Shown here in pieces: positions 12,206 to 25,086 of a DNA stretch of 64,000 nt. Origin of the DNA: Malacoraja senta (Eukaryota). A program made the position numbers and the translations under genes. The notes under the pieces were generated by a model. The model was given only the letters and a program-made list of their open reading frames with translations. It was not told where the DNA came from and ran no database searches. The stretch covers positions 9,984,001 through 10,048,000 of the forward strand of contig CM075988.1 of NCBI GenBank assembly GCA_038087875.1, written 5' to 3'. The stretch's first letter is position 1. The number at the start of each line of letters is the position of its first letter.

Positions 12206-13148
12206 TCTATATAATTAAAAGTCTAAATCTGACCACTTCCTGTTTGCACTTCATATTGATTTTAGAAAAAATGCTACCACTTATGGCTGTGATTTTTGGC
12301 CATCTTACTCAGAGTCCCCCTCCGCTGCGCAGGACAAAATGATTTTTCCCATTGATGAAAAGTAAAAGACTTATTAATGTTTTAAAAATGTTCAGATTCT
12401 CTCTCCTGTCAATCACGCCATGAAGGCCACGCCCATTTCAGTGGGAGGGGAGGGACTATAAAACCCGGAAGTGTGGACTGCCTCAGTCTCTGCAAGATGG
12501 GGGAGCGAGAGGTTACGACTCTCAGTCTGAGCTGTGAATAACACTGAACACATGTCTACTAAACTGTGAGTGTGGTTTTACTGACCTGAGAGTGCCCTTA
12601 ATGTGGTTTGAAAATGAAGTTCGAAAATGCTAAAGTGATTGGTTTGAAAATGCAAAAGTGGTTGGTTTGAAAATGCAAAAGTGGTCGGTTTAAAAATGCA
12701 AAAGTGGTCGGTTTGAAAATGCAAAAGTGGTCGGTTTGAAAATGCAAAAGTGGTCGGTTTGAAACTGCAAAAGTGGTCGGTTTGAAACTGCAAAAGTGGT
12801 CGGTTTGAAAATGCAAAAGTGGTCGGTTTGAAAATGCAAAAGTGGTCGGTTTGAAAATGCAAAAGTGGTCGGTTTGAAAATGCAAAAGTGGTCGGTTTGA
12901 AAATGCAAAAGTGGTCGGTTTGAAAATGCAAAAGTGGTCGGTTTGAAAATGCTAAAGTGGTCGGTTTGAAAATGCTAAAGTGGTCGGTTTGAAAATGCTA
13001 AAGTGGTCGGTTTGAAAATGCTAAAGTGGTCGGTTTGAAAATGCTAAAGTGGTCGGTTTGAAAATGCTAAAGTGGTCGGTTTGAAAATGCTAAACTGGTC
13101 GGTTTGAAAATGCTAAAGTGGTTGGTTTGACAATGGATGGTTTGAAAA
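12206..13148 (+). mobile_element. Non-autonomous Helitron-like element, 5' part
   Basis: A|TCTATATAATTAAAAG start typical of Helitron 5' ends; no TIR or TSD; homologous to 13149-13520. Confidence 0.7.
12641..13123 (+). repeat. 23-bp minisatellite, ~21 copies of GGTTTGAAAATGC(A/T)AAAGTGGTC
   Basis: Head-to-tail array read directly from the sequence. Confidence 0.97.
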
Positions 13149-13980
13149 TCTATATAATTAAAAGTTTAATCTTGACCAATTCCTGTTGGTGCTGAATATT
13201 GATGTTAGAAAAAACACTACCACGTATGGCTGTGATTTTTGGCCATCTTACTCAGAGCCCCCCGCCGCTCATCAGGTGCCGAGGATTTTTCCCATCGATG
13301 AAAAATAAAAGAATTATTAGAGTTTTAAAAATGTTGAGATTCTCACTTCTGTCAATCTCTGCCATGAAGGCCACGCCCCTTCCAATGGGTGGGGGAGGGA
13401 CTATAAAACCCGGAAGTGTGGGCATTGCTCAGTCTCTGCAAGATGGGGGAGGGAGAGGTCGCGACTCAGTCTGAGCTGTGAATCAACTGAACACACTGAA
13501 TGTCTACTGAACTGTGTGGTTTTTATGTGCTTTTGATGTGCTAAGTGGTTTTGTTGTGTTTTATGTGGTTTTATGGTGGTTTTACCCTGCTTAAAATGGT
13601 ATGAAACTGCACTTGAATTTGGTGGCCTTGCACCCTGCTTGAAGTGGTATGAAACTGCACTTGAATTTGGTGGCCTTACACCCTGCTTGAAGTGGTATGA
13701 AACTGCACTTGAATTTGGTGGCCTTGCACCCTCCTTGAAATGGAATTTCAAGGAATAGCCGTGAGCCAATTGCCAGTCCACCTGCCGTGAGTGAGCTGCC
13801 AGCCCAAGAATCCATTCGGCCCACAATGTCCATACTAGACCTCTGGAAACCAGTCTCTTCAGCCCACAACACCCATATTAGCACTCCAGAACCACCCCCC
13901 CCCCCCCCACCACTGGCCACTAATATTGGAATTGGTGGAGTGGTGGAATATTGCGTTGGAGGACCAGCCCTCCCGCGTGA
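13149..13980 (+). mobile_element. Second Helitron-like element nested in the first; 3' CTAG end not visible
   Basis: A|TCTATATAATTAAAAG at 13149, about 370 bp similar to 12206-12575. Confidence 0.7.
13585..13728 (+). repeat. 48-bp tandem repeat, 3 copies
   Basis: CCCTGCTTGAAGTGGTATGAAACTGCACTTGAATTTGGTGGCCTTGCA x3. Confidence 0.95.
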
Positions 13981-14169
13981 TTTACAAAAATCAAATTGAG
14001 TTGTAATGGATGAAGTCAAGCACAAATACAATTGATTGAAGAAAGGGCAAGGATATAGTTCTCAAAATGCTACCACATTTTAGTGCATAAGTTCCTTCAA
14101 CCATACTTATCCAATAACCACTGCACCAGTCATACTTCTATTAAAGTATCATGTACACCAAGTACATTC

Positions 14170-14560
14170 CCCACCCCTCCTTCCTTTGCCTGTGCCCCAC
14201 CTGAATTTGCATCTATTGCTCCCTCCTCTTCCACCTACATTCCTTTCTCTAGCTTCACAATTCACAACTCTTCAATCCTTTTGTCTCACACCTTCTGTCT
14301 TTTCATCTCTGGCTTTTGTCAACCAACTGCCTATCAACCCCCCTTTCCCCCCTCATCTATATCACCCTATTACTTGCCAAGCGTTCTCTTGCCTCTACTC
14401 CCTTCTGGCTTTCGTTCCTCCTTCCCTATAATCAGTTTGAAGAAGAGTCCCAACCCGAAACATCTACTATCCACATTCTCCAGAGATGCCTCCAGACCTG
14501 CTGAGTTACTCCAGCACTTTGTGTCTTTTTTTTTGTAAACCAGCATCTGCAGTTCCTTTT
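14170..14560 (+). mobile_element. PLE 3' UTR/pseudo-LTR fragment
   Basis: Pyrimidine-rich body similar to the reverse complement of 55330-55660; degenerate hammerhead at 14436-14465; ends CAGCATCTGCAGTTCC. Confidence 0.7.
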
Positions 14561-16024
14561 CTCCCCCTGGAGATACACTTGGAAAAGGCTCAAGGCATAA
14601 ACACTCAACAGCCCAGTCCGTTTACAACTGACTTACTATTACTACCTATTGGATTGAGTGACAATATGTCAGTTGTGGTGAATAATTATGTCTAATGACT
14701 TTATACTTGGCCTTGAGAGTTATATATCACATCTGAGACTGCTACTTGGATTATTTGTTTCCTGAATGCACTTGTAATTGATGCCTTAATAACAGTTTGA
14801 AGACACTATCCAAATCATGTCCCGTGTCAAAGCATTTGTAACCCGTGTCCAATGAGCTTAATAATGGTCCTTCCAAAAGAACAAGGTACATTTATGCAGC
14901 ACCTTTAATGGAGACATCCCTCACCTCTCCCAAACCATGTTCACCATTTCTGATTCCAGCACCTTGATAATTTAGAAACATGCTGTCAATTTGATTAACA
15001 GCTGATGGAACAACTGTTTATTGCCAGCTGCAAGAATCCTTCCAGGGAAAATGCATGGAAATTGTAGCTAATTAACCATTTTTAATAGATGACAAAAAAA
15101 AATCATTATATGCAAATATTTCAGGTAAGAATGATACTGTGTTTTCAAGGTAGAATAAATCATATTGTTGTGCTGCCACAAATGTGATCAGCAGTAACAA
15201 AATAATAATTCAAAGAATTACATTAATCCTGCTGTCTAAGGAGAAAACACTTGCACAAAAGGAGTAACAAGTCTGGGGAATGAATTCTGAATAAAAACAT
15301 GCGCAAAGATTGCATGATCAGAAATGAAAGTAAAATTAACAAGGAAATGAAGTGTGCAATAGCGCCAATGATGTTCTTTGTTTTTAAGTGATAAACTAGA
15401 GACGCAATCATTACAAATTCACATTTTCATTGAAAGCGTGTGTGCTGTTTCAAGCAGAATGACCCTCTCTAAGTTAATCATTATCCACCCACAGTTTCTG
15501 ACTTCTGAGTCATTTCATCAAACCTACTTATCACATTTATCATATTTGTTTCTGACAGACAATTTATTTCTACAGTTCATTAAAAAAGTCTATAAGAAGA
15601 TTTGGAATGAGATACGACCAGCGTTTTCTGCAATCATACTCCCCCGAGAGCCATTCAGAAATATATTCTGGGCCCTGAAAATCACTGAAAGAACTGTTAG
15701 AATGTTGATTAAAAAAGATATGACCTGCATCTCCCAACGATTAAGGCAGCTAGTTGCAAATGAGAGAACATCTCTTTTGGGGCTGACAGGAATTCTGTGA
15801 AGGCCTTCATAAATTGAATGGGCCAAATGGCCTACCCTAGGCTGTGAGAAAACATGGCAACGATACAGGGCTCAAGAATGAACATGGTCTGCAGCAGTTG
15901 GTGTTACATCATCAAACCCATACCTCTCTGGACATCATTGTTAGTGTTCCAGTTCAGAAATATCTTAAATATGTGTAAATATAATTTGTGCCTTTTAATT
16001 GTATAGAGGGGGATTTTGCTCAAT

Positions 16025-16402
16025 AGTTAAGTTTAGTTTAGAGATACAGCGTGGAAACAGGCCCTTTGGCCCACCGGGTTTGCGCCGACCAGCAATCCCC
16101 GCACATTTACACTATACTACAAACTCTAGGGACAATTTCACATACCAAGCTAATTTACCAATATACCTGTAAGCCTTTGGAGTGTGGGAGGAAACCAAAG
16201 ATTTCGGAAGATATCCTTCATCTGTAGACTGTGGATTGGTTGATTGTAATCATTTTCTTTGACAATAGCCATGAATAATAGCTTTTTCACTGTACCTCGG
16301 TACACATGATGAACTCCACACAGTCAGCACCTGTAGTCGGGATCGAACACAGGGTCTCCAGTGCTGCAAACACTGTAAGGCAGAAACTGTACCGCTGCGC
16401 CA
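16025..16402 (-). mobile_element. tRNA-derived V/HE1-like SINE, interrupted by a LINE tail fragment
   Basis: Reverse complement of the SINE at 19302 and 42292. Confidence 0.7.
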
Positions 16403-17524
16403 CCAGTTATTTATTATCATATGTACCAAGGCACGGCAAGCTTCTTTCTTTTGCAAACCGATCAGTGGGATTATTGCCATACTCAAGTACAATCCATGAC
16501 TACATACTGAACGCATAGAAACAGCCCACAACCCAGGTTGTGGCACCATTTCCAAAGTCCCAGCCAGTGAACCCTCATCCCTCTCTGCAGGCTAGAGGCA
16601 CCGCCTGAAGCCAAGCTTAAGGGCATAGAAGGTAAGATGCCGAGTTGTTCTTACAGGCCTTTTGTCCAGCATCCAATGCCTTCAAGGCAGAGTACCAATC
16701 GGTGTATTTTTTTATTGACCATTTAAACATTGAAAAAGGAATACGATGGAGTGCTTTTCACTGAAATTTCCATCAGTGATACCTCTGATGCAACTCCAAC
16801 CTCAACTCCTAATCTTCACCATCACCTGAAGATGTATTGAGACAAAATCCTCATTGAGAATTCAAGCACAGCTGTTCTTTAAAATATACATGAGCCCTTT
16901 TAGCAATTGGACTTCTGCCTGAGAACTCAGGCCTCTGGATGATCTCAGTTAGGAATAGATAATGGTGGGTAAAACTGGACAAGAAAAAACCATGGAAGGC
17001 TAGAGTTGAACAAAAGTAACAGCTGGCAATGAAATAAATAAGTCTTATAAGGCGACAATGCAATTGCCCTGAGGCCCACCAACATAAACCTTAATCACGC
17101 AAGCTAACTTGATCAGAATAACCTGATTCTGGCAGAGGTGCCACTACTGACATTTCTGTCAGCTTGCATTCCCACTGCAGTGGTTTTGAGACAAATACAA
17201 GGTGACAAATGTTTTATATTTCAAAAGTTCAGCATCATGGCGTGTTAGTCCACTTCCACCCTGATGGAGTGACTTAGCAATCTCTTGGATTACGTTACAC
17301 ATTTTGTGGCATCTATGTAAAAATGTGAAATAATCTTACTTTGGGATGAGTTCAGAATCCAGCAATGGGAGAAGGGGCATTTTTAAAATTGATCCTGTGC
17401 ATTACTTGTGCTGCCCTAGTTAGGTGCTCTGCAGCACTCAGTTTCAGCCAAGAGAGCCCACCCATGATTCCTTGCCAGCGATGTATTGGATGAGCTGTTT
17501 CAGTAAATAGTCTAAAAAAATACA

Positions 17525-17715
17525 CTAAGTGCTGGACGTGTCAGGCAGAATCTCTGGAGAACATGGATGGGTGACATTTCGGGACTGGACCATTCTTCTG
17601 ACTTCTGATCCTGACCTGAAGGAGCCTTCTGGTCCTGACCTGAAATGATGCTGATCCATATTCTCCAGAGATGCTGCCTGGCCCTCTGGGTTACTCCAGT
17701 ATTTTTGTCTTACTT
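17525..17715. mobile_element. Fold-back pair of PLE ends
   Basis: Inverted arms ...TCTCTGGAGAACATGGAT / ATCCATATTCTCCAGAGA... Confidence 0.65.
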
Positions 17716-17736
17716 TGTAGTCTGTGATGTTCATTT

Positions 17737-18270
17737 TCAGTTTAGTTTGGTTTATTGTCACGTGTACCGAGGTACAGTGAAAAAGCTTTTATGCATGCTA
17801 CCCAGTCAAAGAAAATGATTACAATCAAGCCATCCACAGTCTACAGATGAAGGATAAAGGGTATAACATTTAGTGCAAGATAAAGTCCAATAAAGTCAGA
17901 ATAAGAATAATTCCAAGGTCTCCAATGACGTAGATGGGAGGTCAGGACTGCACACTATCTGGTGAAAAGACAGTCCAGTTGCCTGATGACAGCTGAGAAA
18001 AAACTGTCCCGGAACCTGGAGGTATGCATTTTCATACTTCTGTACCTCTTGCCTGATGGGAGAAGGAAGAAGAAGAGTGACCAGGGTGAGACTAATCCTT
18101 GATTATGCTGGTGGCCTTCTCGAAGCATGAAGTGTAGATGGAGTTGATGGAAAGGTTGGTTTGTGTGATGGTCTGAGCTATGTCCACTACTCTCTGCAAC
18201 TTTTTGCGGCTTGGATGGAGTTATTCGCAAACCATGATGTGATGCATCCATTATTTTATGTCTAAAGTCC
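17737..18270 (-). mobile_element. Rex1/Babar-like LINE 3' fragment
   Basis: LLPSGKRYRSMKMHTSRFRDSFF C-terminal motif; tail TGTACCTCGGTACACGTGACAATAAAC. Confidence 0.8.
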
Positions 18271-18719
18271 TCATAGCATTGTGCTATTCTTTTGACTATT
18301 GGAGCTGAGGCTATGTTTTGGGCAAAGCAGCAAGCCTCACTTATGGCCAATTTTGATTCATAGTTTGATGGCAGATTTTTTCTAAACCCTAGCTTTGATT
18401 AGACCAGGGTCATCAACATAACAGTTACAATGGACTCTGAGTGCTTCATTCTCGAAAGCTAATTACACCCTGACATTTGTTTCTCTGTGTGATAGTTTTG
18501 AAATCTATTCTGACATTTGACTGGGTTGACTGTGCAGAGTTTGTACATTCATCCTATGACCGCGTTGATTCTCCGGTTTCCTCCCGCTTTTGAAACAACT
18601 TGGGGCTGGTAGATAAATGGCCACTGTAAATTGCCCTCAGTAAGAAGTAGAATCTGAGGCTGTTGTCTTGAATATAGGGAATAAGGAAAGTTTTGGTTTG
18701 AATTGCTTAAAAGGAAAGG

Positions 18720-19018
18720 CATGGGGAAAGAGCCCTCCTGCCCTCTGAGTCCACACCGACCATCGATCATTCGTTCACACTAGTTCTATCTCGCTAACGT
18801 TTGCATCTACTCCCTCTGCATTAGGGGCAATTAACAGAGGCCAATTAGCCTATAAATCCTTTAGGATGTGGGAGAAAAACTGAGCACCCAGAGGAAATCC
18901 ATGTGTTCACAGGGAGAACCTGGAATGGTCCACACAGACAGCATCCAAAGTCAGGATCGAACCCTAGTCCCTGGCGCTGTGAGGCAGCAGTTCTACCAGC
19001 TGCACCTCTGTGCTGCCC
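18720..19018 (-). mobile_element. V/HE1-like SINE
   Basis: Reverse complement of tRNA-like head, V domain and tail. Confidence 0.7.
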
Positions 19019-19301
19019 AAATGGCAAAATTGGATAGTTCTGCAATTTTGCATGGATAAGATGGTCCAAATGACCTTTTCCCATGTGTTAATGGGGCACG
19101 GAACATAGAATAAGTCACTGAATAGTAAACGTGTAACAAAAAAGGGCAGAATCAAAGGTGTTACACTGTAGTAAAAGCAGCTATAAACATTTACTGCAAA
19201 ACACAAAGTGCTGGAGTAATTCAGCCAGGCAGACAGCATCTGTGGAGGACATTGATAGGCGATGTTTGGGTCAGGACTCTTCTTTGTCTATGTCTTCCAC
19301 A

Positions 19302-19568
19302 GGGACAGCACGGTGGCGCAGCATTAGAGATGCTGCCTTACAGCGCCAGAGACCCGGGTTTGATCCTGACAACGGGTGCTGTCTGCACAGAGATGTATGT
19401 TCTCCTTGTAACCGCGTGGGTTTTCTCCGGGTACAGTTTCCTCCCACATTCTTAAGTGCGTAGGATGCAAAACTGGGTGTCACAGAGAACTGGGGTATGG
19501 GTGATTGTTGCTCGGCACAGTCATGGTGAGCCATAGGGCCTGTTTCCACACTGTTTCTCTACACTAAA
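19302..19568 (+). mobile_element. V/HE1-like tRNA-derived SINE
   Basis: A box GGTGGCGCAGC, B box GGTTTGATCC, V domain GCGTGGGTTTTCTCCGGG..TTTCCTCCCACA, CR1-like tail GGGCCTGTTTCCACACTGT. Confidence 0.85.
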
Positions 19569-19944
19569 AAAAATAATAAAGATGCTACATGACCCACTCA
19601 GGATTCCAGATTCAGATCCTTGTGTCTCCATGTAAACATCTGCAGGTTATTTCCAAGCAAGGTCTGATAGATCAACGGTTCTGTCCTGCACTGACATGTT
19701 ATCTCAAATTGGAAGATCAAAGTTATTAGATCTGCTTTTTTTTGTGGAGCAAAGTCAGCAATTAACAATGAAAACTATTGAAATCCACATAGTTCATATG
19801 GAATCTTCATGGATAAAACCTCCCTCCTCTCCCCAAGGCGACTTCAACCTGCCTCCAAACTCACATCATGCATCGGACTCAATTATATGAGTATAATTAC
19901 AAGACTGACAATACCCTGTAGTGCTGTGGGAGCAATATACTGTC

Positions 19945-20697
19945 AAATGTATTATAAATGGTAGACCTCTGGGGAGTGTTGTTGAGAAGAGGGATCTAGT
20001 AGTGCAAGTGCGTGGTTCCTTGAAGGTCGAGTCACACGTACAGTAGATAAGGTGGTCAAAAATTCTTTTGGTACATTGACCTTCATCAATCAGTATTGAG
20101 TATAGATGTTGGGAGGTCATATTGCAGTTGTATTAAACATTGGTGAGACTGCATTTAGTCTATTGTGTGCAGTTCTGGGCACCATGTTATAGGGAAGATA
20201 TTGTTAAGCTTGAAAGGATTCAGAGAAGATTTACAAGGATGTTGCCAGGATTAGCCGGTCTGAGCTATAGGGAAAGGTTGAGTAGGCTGGGTCTCTATTC
20301 ATGGAGTGCAGGAGGATAAGCGGTGATCTTATAGAGGTGTATAAAATCATGAGAGGAATAATTCGGGTAGATGCACAGAATCTCTTGCCCAGAGTAGGGG
20401 AATCGAGGACTAGAGGATATAGGTTCAAGGTAAAGGGGAAAAGATTTAACAAGGGTCTGAGGGGTAACTTTTTCACACAATGGGTGATGGGTGGATGGAA
20501 CAAGCTGCCAGAGGACATAGTTGAGGCTGGGACTATCCCAACATTTAAGAAACAGTTAGACAGGTACATGGATAGGACAAGTTTGGAGGGATATGGACCA
20601 AATGATATGGACTAGTGTAGCTGGGACATGTTGGCCGGTGTGGGCAAGTTGGACTGAAGGGCCTGTTACCGCACTGTATCACTCTATGACTCTATGA
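19945..20697 (+). mobile_element. CR1/HER1-like LINE ORF2 3' fragment and tail
   Basis: YCVQFWAP...RRISGDLIEVYKIMRG...FFTQWVMGGWNKLP; (CTATGA)n end. Confidence 0.92.
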
Positions 20698-22435
20698 TGG
20701 CTTATAAAAGACTTGGAGGTTTTTCTTTTGCCTAAGTTCTATATATAGGATCTTGCTGTGAGCAGATTAACGATCTCAATCTTCTCACAATTTTTAAAGG
20801 ACAATTTTGAGATGTGTCTGATCATGGAGAATAAAGATACCTCATTATGAATGGTGAGGCTTTGTTTGCATTGAAGAAACCCACTATTAAATGGAGGGCT
20901 GGAAGTGCAATTGAAACAGCAGTAGGGGAGGGTGTTTTATTGTACCTTCAGTATCTATACACTGTAAATGGATCGATTGTAATCATGTATTGTCTTTCTG
21001 CTGACTGGTTAGCACGCAACAAAAGGAACAAAAGGTTTTCACTGTACCTTGGTACACGTGACAATATAACAACTGAATTGAAGTTAAACTTCAATTTGTC
21101 TATCTGGTCTCCTATCACTACCTGAATCTCTTGGTCACAATCCCTTTAACTTTTAGTTCCAGTTCTTCTGAATCTTGATTTTCCCTTTCAACTTGCCATC
21201 TTTCCTCCCCTCATTCCTATTGCCTGTCGAACTCTTCCAACCTAACAACCTCTCCCTCCCCAAACCTCGATGTTTGAGAATCAACTCAAGCCTATCAATC
21301 TCGCACTGTCAGACAGGCCACAGAGAAATCAGGTGATAATGAGATGAATACATTAATTTCTGAATAAAATGCACAGTGCTGGAGTAATTCAGCGGGTCAG
21401 GCAGCATTTCTGGAGGGAAAGGACAGACAATGTTTCAGGTCAGGTCATGACCCATTGAAGGGTCCCAACCTAAAACATTGCCTGTGAATCCGCTCTGGAG
21501 ATGCTCCAGAATTGTGACTCTCTGTGTGCTTTGATTAGATTGTGTGCAGAACATGCATTTCGCTGTATCTCTGTACATGCAACAATAAATAAAGTGAATT
21601 AAACTAAACTCTGTTCACCATCGCTTCACACTGCATATTATGGAAACTGAGGACAGGGTGAAGATAAGAACAGCTTATGGTGCTCATGAATCTTCACCAT
21701 TTACAAAAGTGCACATCCAGTGTAGCTTCAATGGCATCTACCCAACAAAGTGAAACTGCCCAGTGAAGTGACATCTAACTGTAAGCCAAGTCCAATACAG
21801 CCAATTACTGCTGGATATGTATACTCTGAGTCATCATTAACTGAAGGAAGCTGCTCCAATAACATTTTTCAGTGATAGCTATTTTTTATTCCACCAGATC
21901 CCTAATTTCCATATTTCACTATAACTTTGATCCCACCACACACAAAGGCAATGAATTCCAGCAGTGCGGTGTGAATGATCATCTTTCATATGAAGATACC
22001 TTTCGAATGGACCTGTTATGAAGGCACATAAATGAACTGAAGTCAGTGGAAACCCCGGGAGTAGTCTTGACTGGCTTAAGTTTAAAACAAGGTTGTGCAA
22101 GCTCAATCAGTTCAGCTTTGGGACATCACTGCAGGAGCTCTACAGGGTGAAAAACAATCTGATAGATGGAATGTGCAGGCCATGCATCTACATTCATGCA
22201 TTTGCAGTCTTGTGTGTCTTCAGCTTTACAGGGTAATGTTCTGAGGCAAAACATCTTTATATTTATCTGTTTCATCAATGATCTTTCCCTCTTAACAAAG
22301 ATGAGAATGTTTCCTGATAATTGCATAATGTTCAACTCTATTTGCAAATTATCGGCCATTGAAGTATCCTGCACTTGCAAGCAGGAACATCTGGATGGAG
22401 ATCAGGGAAAGGGTGACATGTAACATTTGTTTCTA

Positions 22436-22632
22436 GGGCGGTGCAGTGGTGGAGTTGCTGACAGAGACCCGGGTATGATCCTGGCTATGGATGCTGACGG
22501 TACGGAGTTTGTACATTATCCCTGTGACCGCGTGTTTTTTCTCCAGGTGTTCCGGTTTCCTACCATATTCCAAAGACTTGCAGGTTTGTAAGTTAATTGG
22601 CTTCTGTAAATTGTCCCTAGTGTGTAGGATAG
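22436..22632 (+). mobile_element. V/HE1-like SINE, 5' part; split by DIRS and continuing at 29253-29338
   Basis: tRNA head and V domain; resumes with ...GGCGTGGACTC...CTGTATCTCTAAACTAAAC after the DIRS. Confidence 0.85.
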
Positions 22633-22858
22633 AATAGTAAGATTAAACGAGAACTTACCAGTTTGAAGTTTGATCTTTATTTTATGAGGAGTTACATTGG
22701 TGATTACGTGAAGAAGTCCCGCCTGTGCGCATGCGCGTCAATCTTCAAAGCAGCGGTATGAAATCGCAGATAACAGAATATTTGAAGTAACATAGTAAGA
22801 TCAGCAACATGAGAACTACCATATGACCTTTATGAGAGAGAGGGTTGGGCGTGGTGGG

Positions 22859-22970
22859 CACGTAATCACCAACGTAACTCCTCATAAAATAAAGATCAAA
22901 CTTCAAACTGGTAAGTTCTCGTTTAATCTTACTATTTTACTTCGGAGTCACGTGAGTGATTCCGTGAAGA
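22859..22970 (-). other. DIRS internal complementary region (ICR)
   Basis: Joins the complement of the right terminus (22633-22710) and the left terminus (29217-29252) through CTTACTATTTTACTTCGG. Confidence 0.9.
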
Positions 22971-25086
22971 GTTCAAAGCTCTGTGATTTCATGCCGTAGA
23001 TTCAAATCCCGGCGTCTCACTGCATCGATTGACTCGGGATGAGTGAATAATTAACAATGGATTAACCATGACATTGATTTAAATGTATTAATGGTTTATG
23101 TGAATAAGTAAATCAATAGCAACCCGTCTATCTCAGGGGAGGCTAAGATTTGAATGCAAAACAGAATGGGCAACTAGCCCTGGGTCAGCAATCAGCCTAT
23201 GGAAAAGCATTTTTTCGAAAACTAATTTACTTGACCATCCTGCGGCTGTGAGGAGATGGTCGATGGGAATATCCATTGCCCTGGCCGCTGATGTTGATGC
23301 CGCCCTGGTGGAATGAGATGTAAATTGGTAGTGTTAATACCCGCATAAACCAGAACCTTCTTCAGCCACCTTGAAATAGTCTGAACCGACCTTTTCTTGT
23401 GTGGTTGTTTGTGGCTAATAAACAATGCTGACTCCACACCTCTTAGGGTTCTGGTGGCCTTGTTAAAATATATAGCAAATGTGCCCATACTCATAGACAC
23501 GAGTCCTTGGGTATGCCGAAATATGACTAAGGATGTAGCTGGAGCCCCCTGGTGAAATATTGTTAACACACTGTACATATCCAATACTGTCTATATTTGT
23601 ACTGAGAACTTGTGTTAAAGATATCTCTTACAAACTCGGTATCCGGGGTTGAAAACCCGACAGAGTGGGTCCCGTTTGCTGCAACCAATATGATGGGAAA
23701 GTACGTTGGGCACAGTTAATGGCCCTATAACTGAATTATTGTCAAAACCCATTTAAGCATGAAATGGAAGACATCAGTAATCTGTACCGTATTAAATGTA
23801 ACATTAATATTAAACAAACCGATTCCAAACTACTCAATAGGAAATGTACTGCTTTTTCGGTGCTATCCCTGCACTCTGCAATGAGCACATCCATGGATTG
23901 ACGTGACAATCCGACCCGTAAGGCAGTCCATTCAGAATGTGTAAGCCAATAATTGTTTTATTATGCAGAGGCTGGCTTCCTGAACCACAGTTTGAACCAG
24001 CAAAGTTTTCGTTTTTAGAATAACCGTATATGGTTGTATTATTATGCCTGACGGAAGCGGGAAGCATGGCTGCATAGCCAGTCCGACTGTACGATAACTA
24101 AAGCGAGATCTTGCTGACTTTATTTCAAGACCCGACTGATGAGGCAAAATGGAGAAAGGCATAAAAGAACATTCCTCCTTCTTGTGGCGAAAATATCTCT
24201 CTCACCACTGTTATACCACATATTTTTGCAATCAGTGAAAAAGCATGAAACATATTTTCATAAATACTTTGTGATTCAACACTTATTCTGTGTTGTCCTA
24301 AATCTGAACTTGATGATAAACCAGTGGCAAGGGATTAGGTAAATATTACAGGATACTACTTGATTGCCATTTGACTAACATCTGCCACCACCGTAGTGTA
24401 TCAACTTGAAGCTGGGGTTGTAGATTATGTATTCGCTCACTGGCCCTTTACCCATGGGATGCGTCTAGCGTCTATAGCTAGTTGATAACAACAACTGAAG
24501 AATTGGCAACTCATGCAAATCTCCACCTCCAACTCGAGATGACATTCGCAATTTTCCCTCTTAGAGCACTTAGCTGGAGCAATGCTGAATACTGTTTGTT
24601 CATCATTGTGACTTAGGTAGCTTCAGCTGGTCATAGCATAAGCCTGTTAATAATCACCCACATGTCATTTGAGAGATTGCTACTTGGCACGATGTCAGTT
24701 CCCCGACTTGCACAGCTGACTCACAGCTACTATATTGCCAATACTCTAGATTAATAGGATTCAGTTTTATAAAAGGTTTCTATTAACTCCAATCTCGTGC
24801 CCCAAGGCGGAGTCATAACTAATCAATAGTTAAAGGTAAATTCCAATGACCAACAAGTCTATTTGGTAACAACTTAAGTTAGCTGGATGGATGAGCCCAA
24901 TTTCTCAAATATAGTTTGAGACTGAACCGGTGATTTTATCAAAATACAGCGTTAGAAATATCATACAGACCAGATATAACAAATGTTTTCGAACTCTGAG
25001 TCCAAACACCGATTTTATAATTAGTTGAATACCCTGGGAATATACTTTATCCCATTTTGCAATGTTTTACTGTTATTAGTACAGTT

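Noticed and set aside
12578..13123. CRISPR-like array or repetitive ORFs
   Set aside because: 23-bp units are head-to-tail with no unique spacers; the ORFs are translations of the minisatellite; eukaryotic context
13401..13826. 141-aa ORF with repeated peptide
   Set aside because: Product of the 48-bp tandem repeat
15378..15800. 140-aa ORF in unique sequence
   Set aside because: Non-ATG start, AT-rich composition, no recognisable motif or convincing splice sites
19302..19375. tRNA genes at the SINE heads
   Set aside because: A/B boxes run into the V domain and LINE-derived tail, with no complete cloverleaf; these are SINEs
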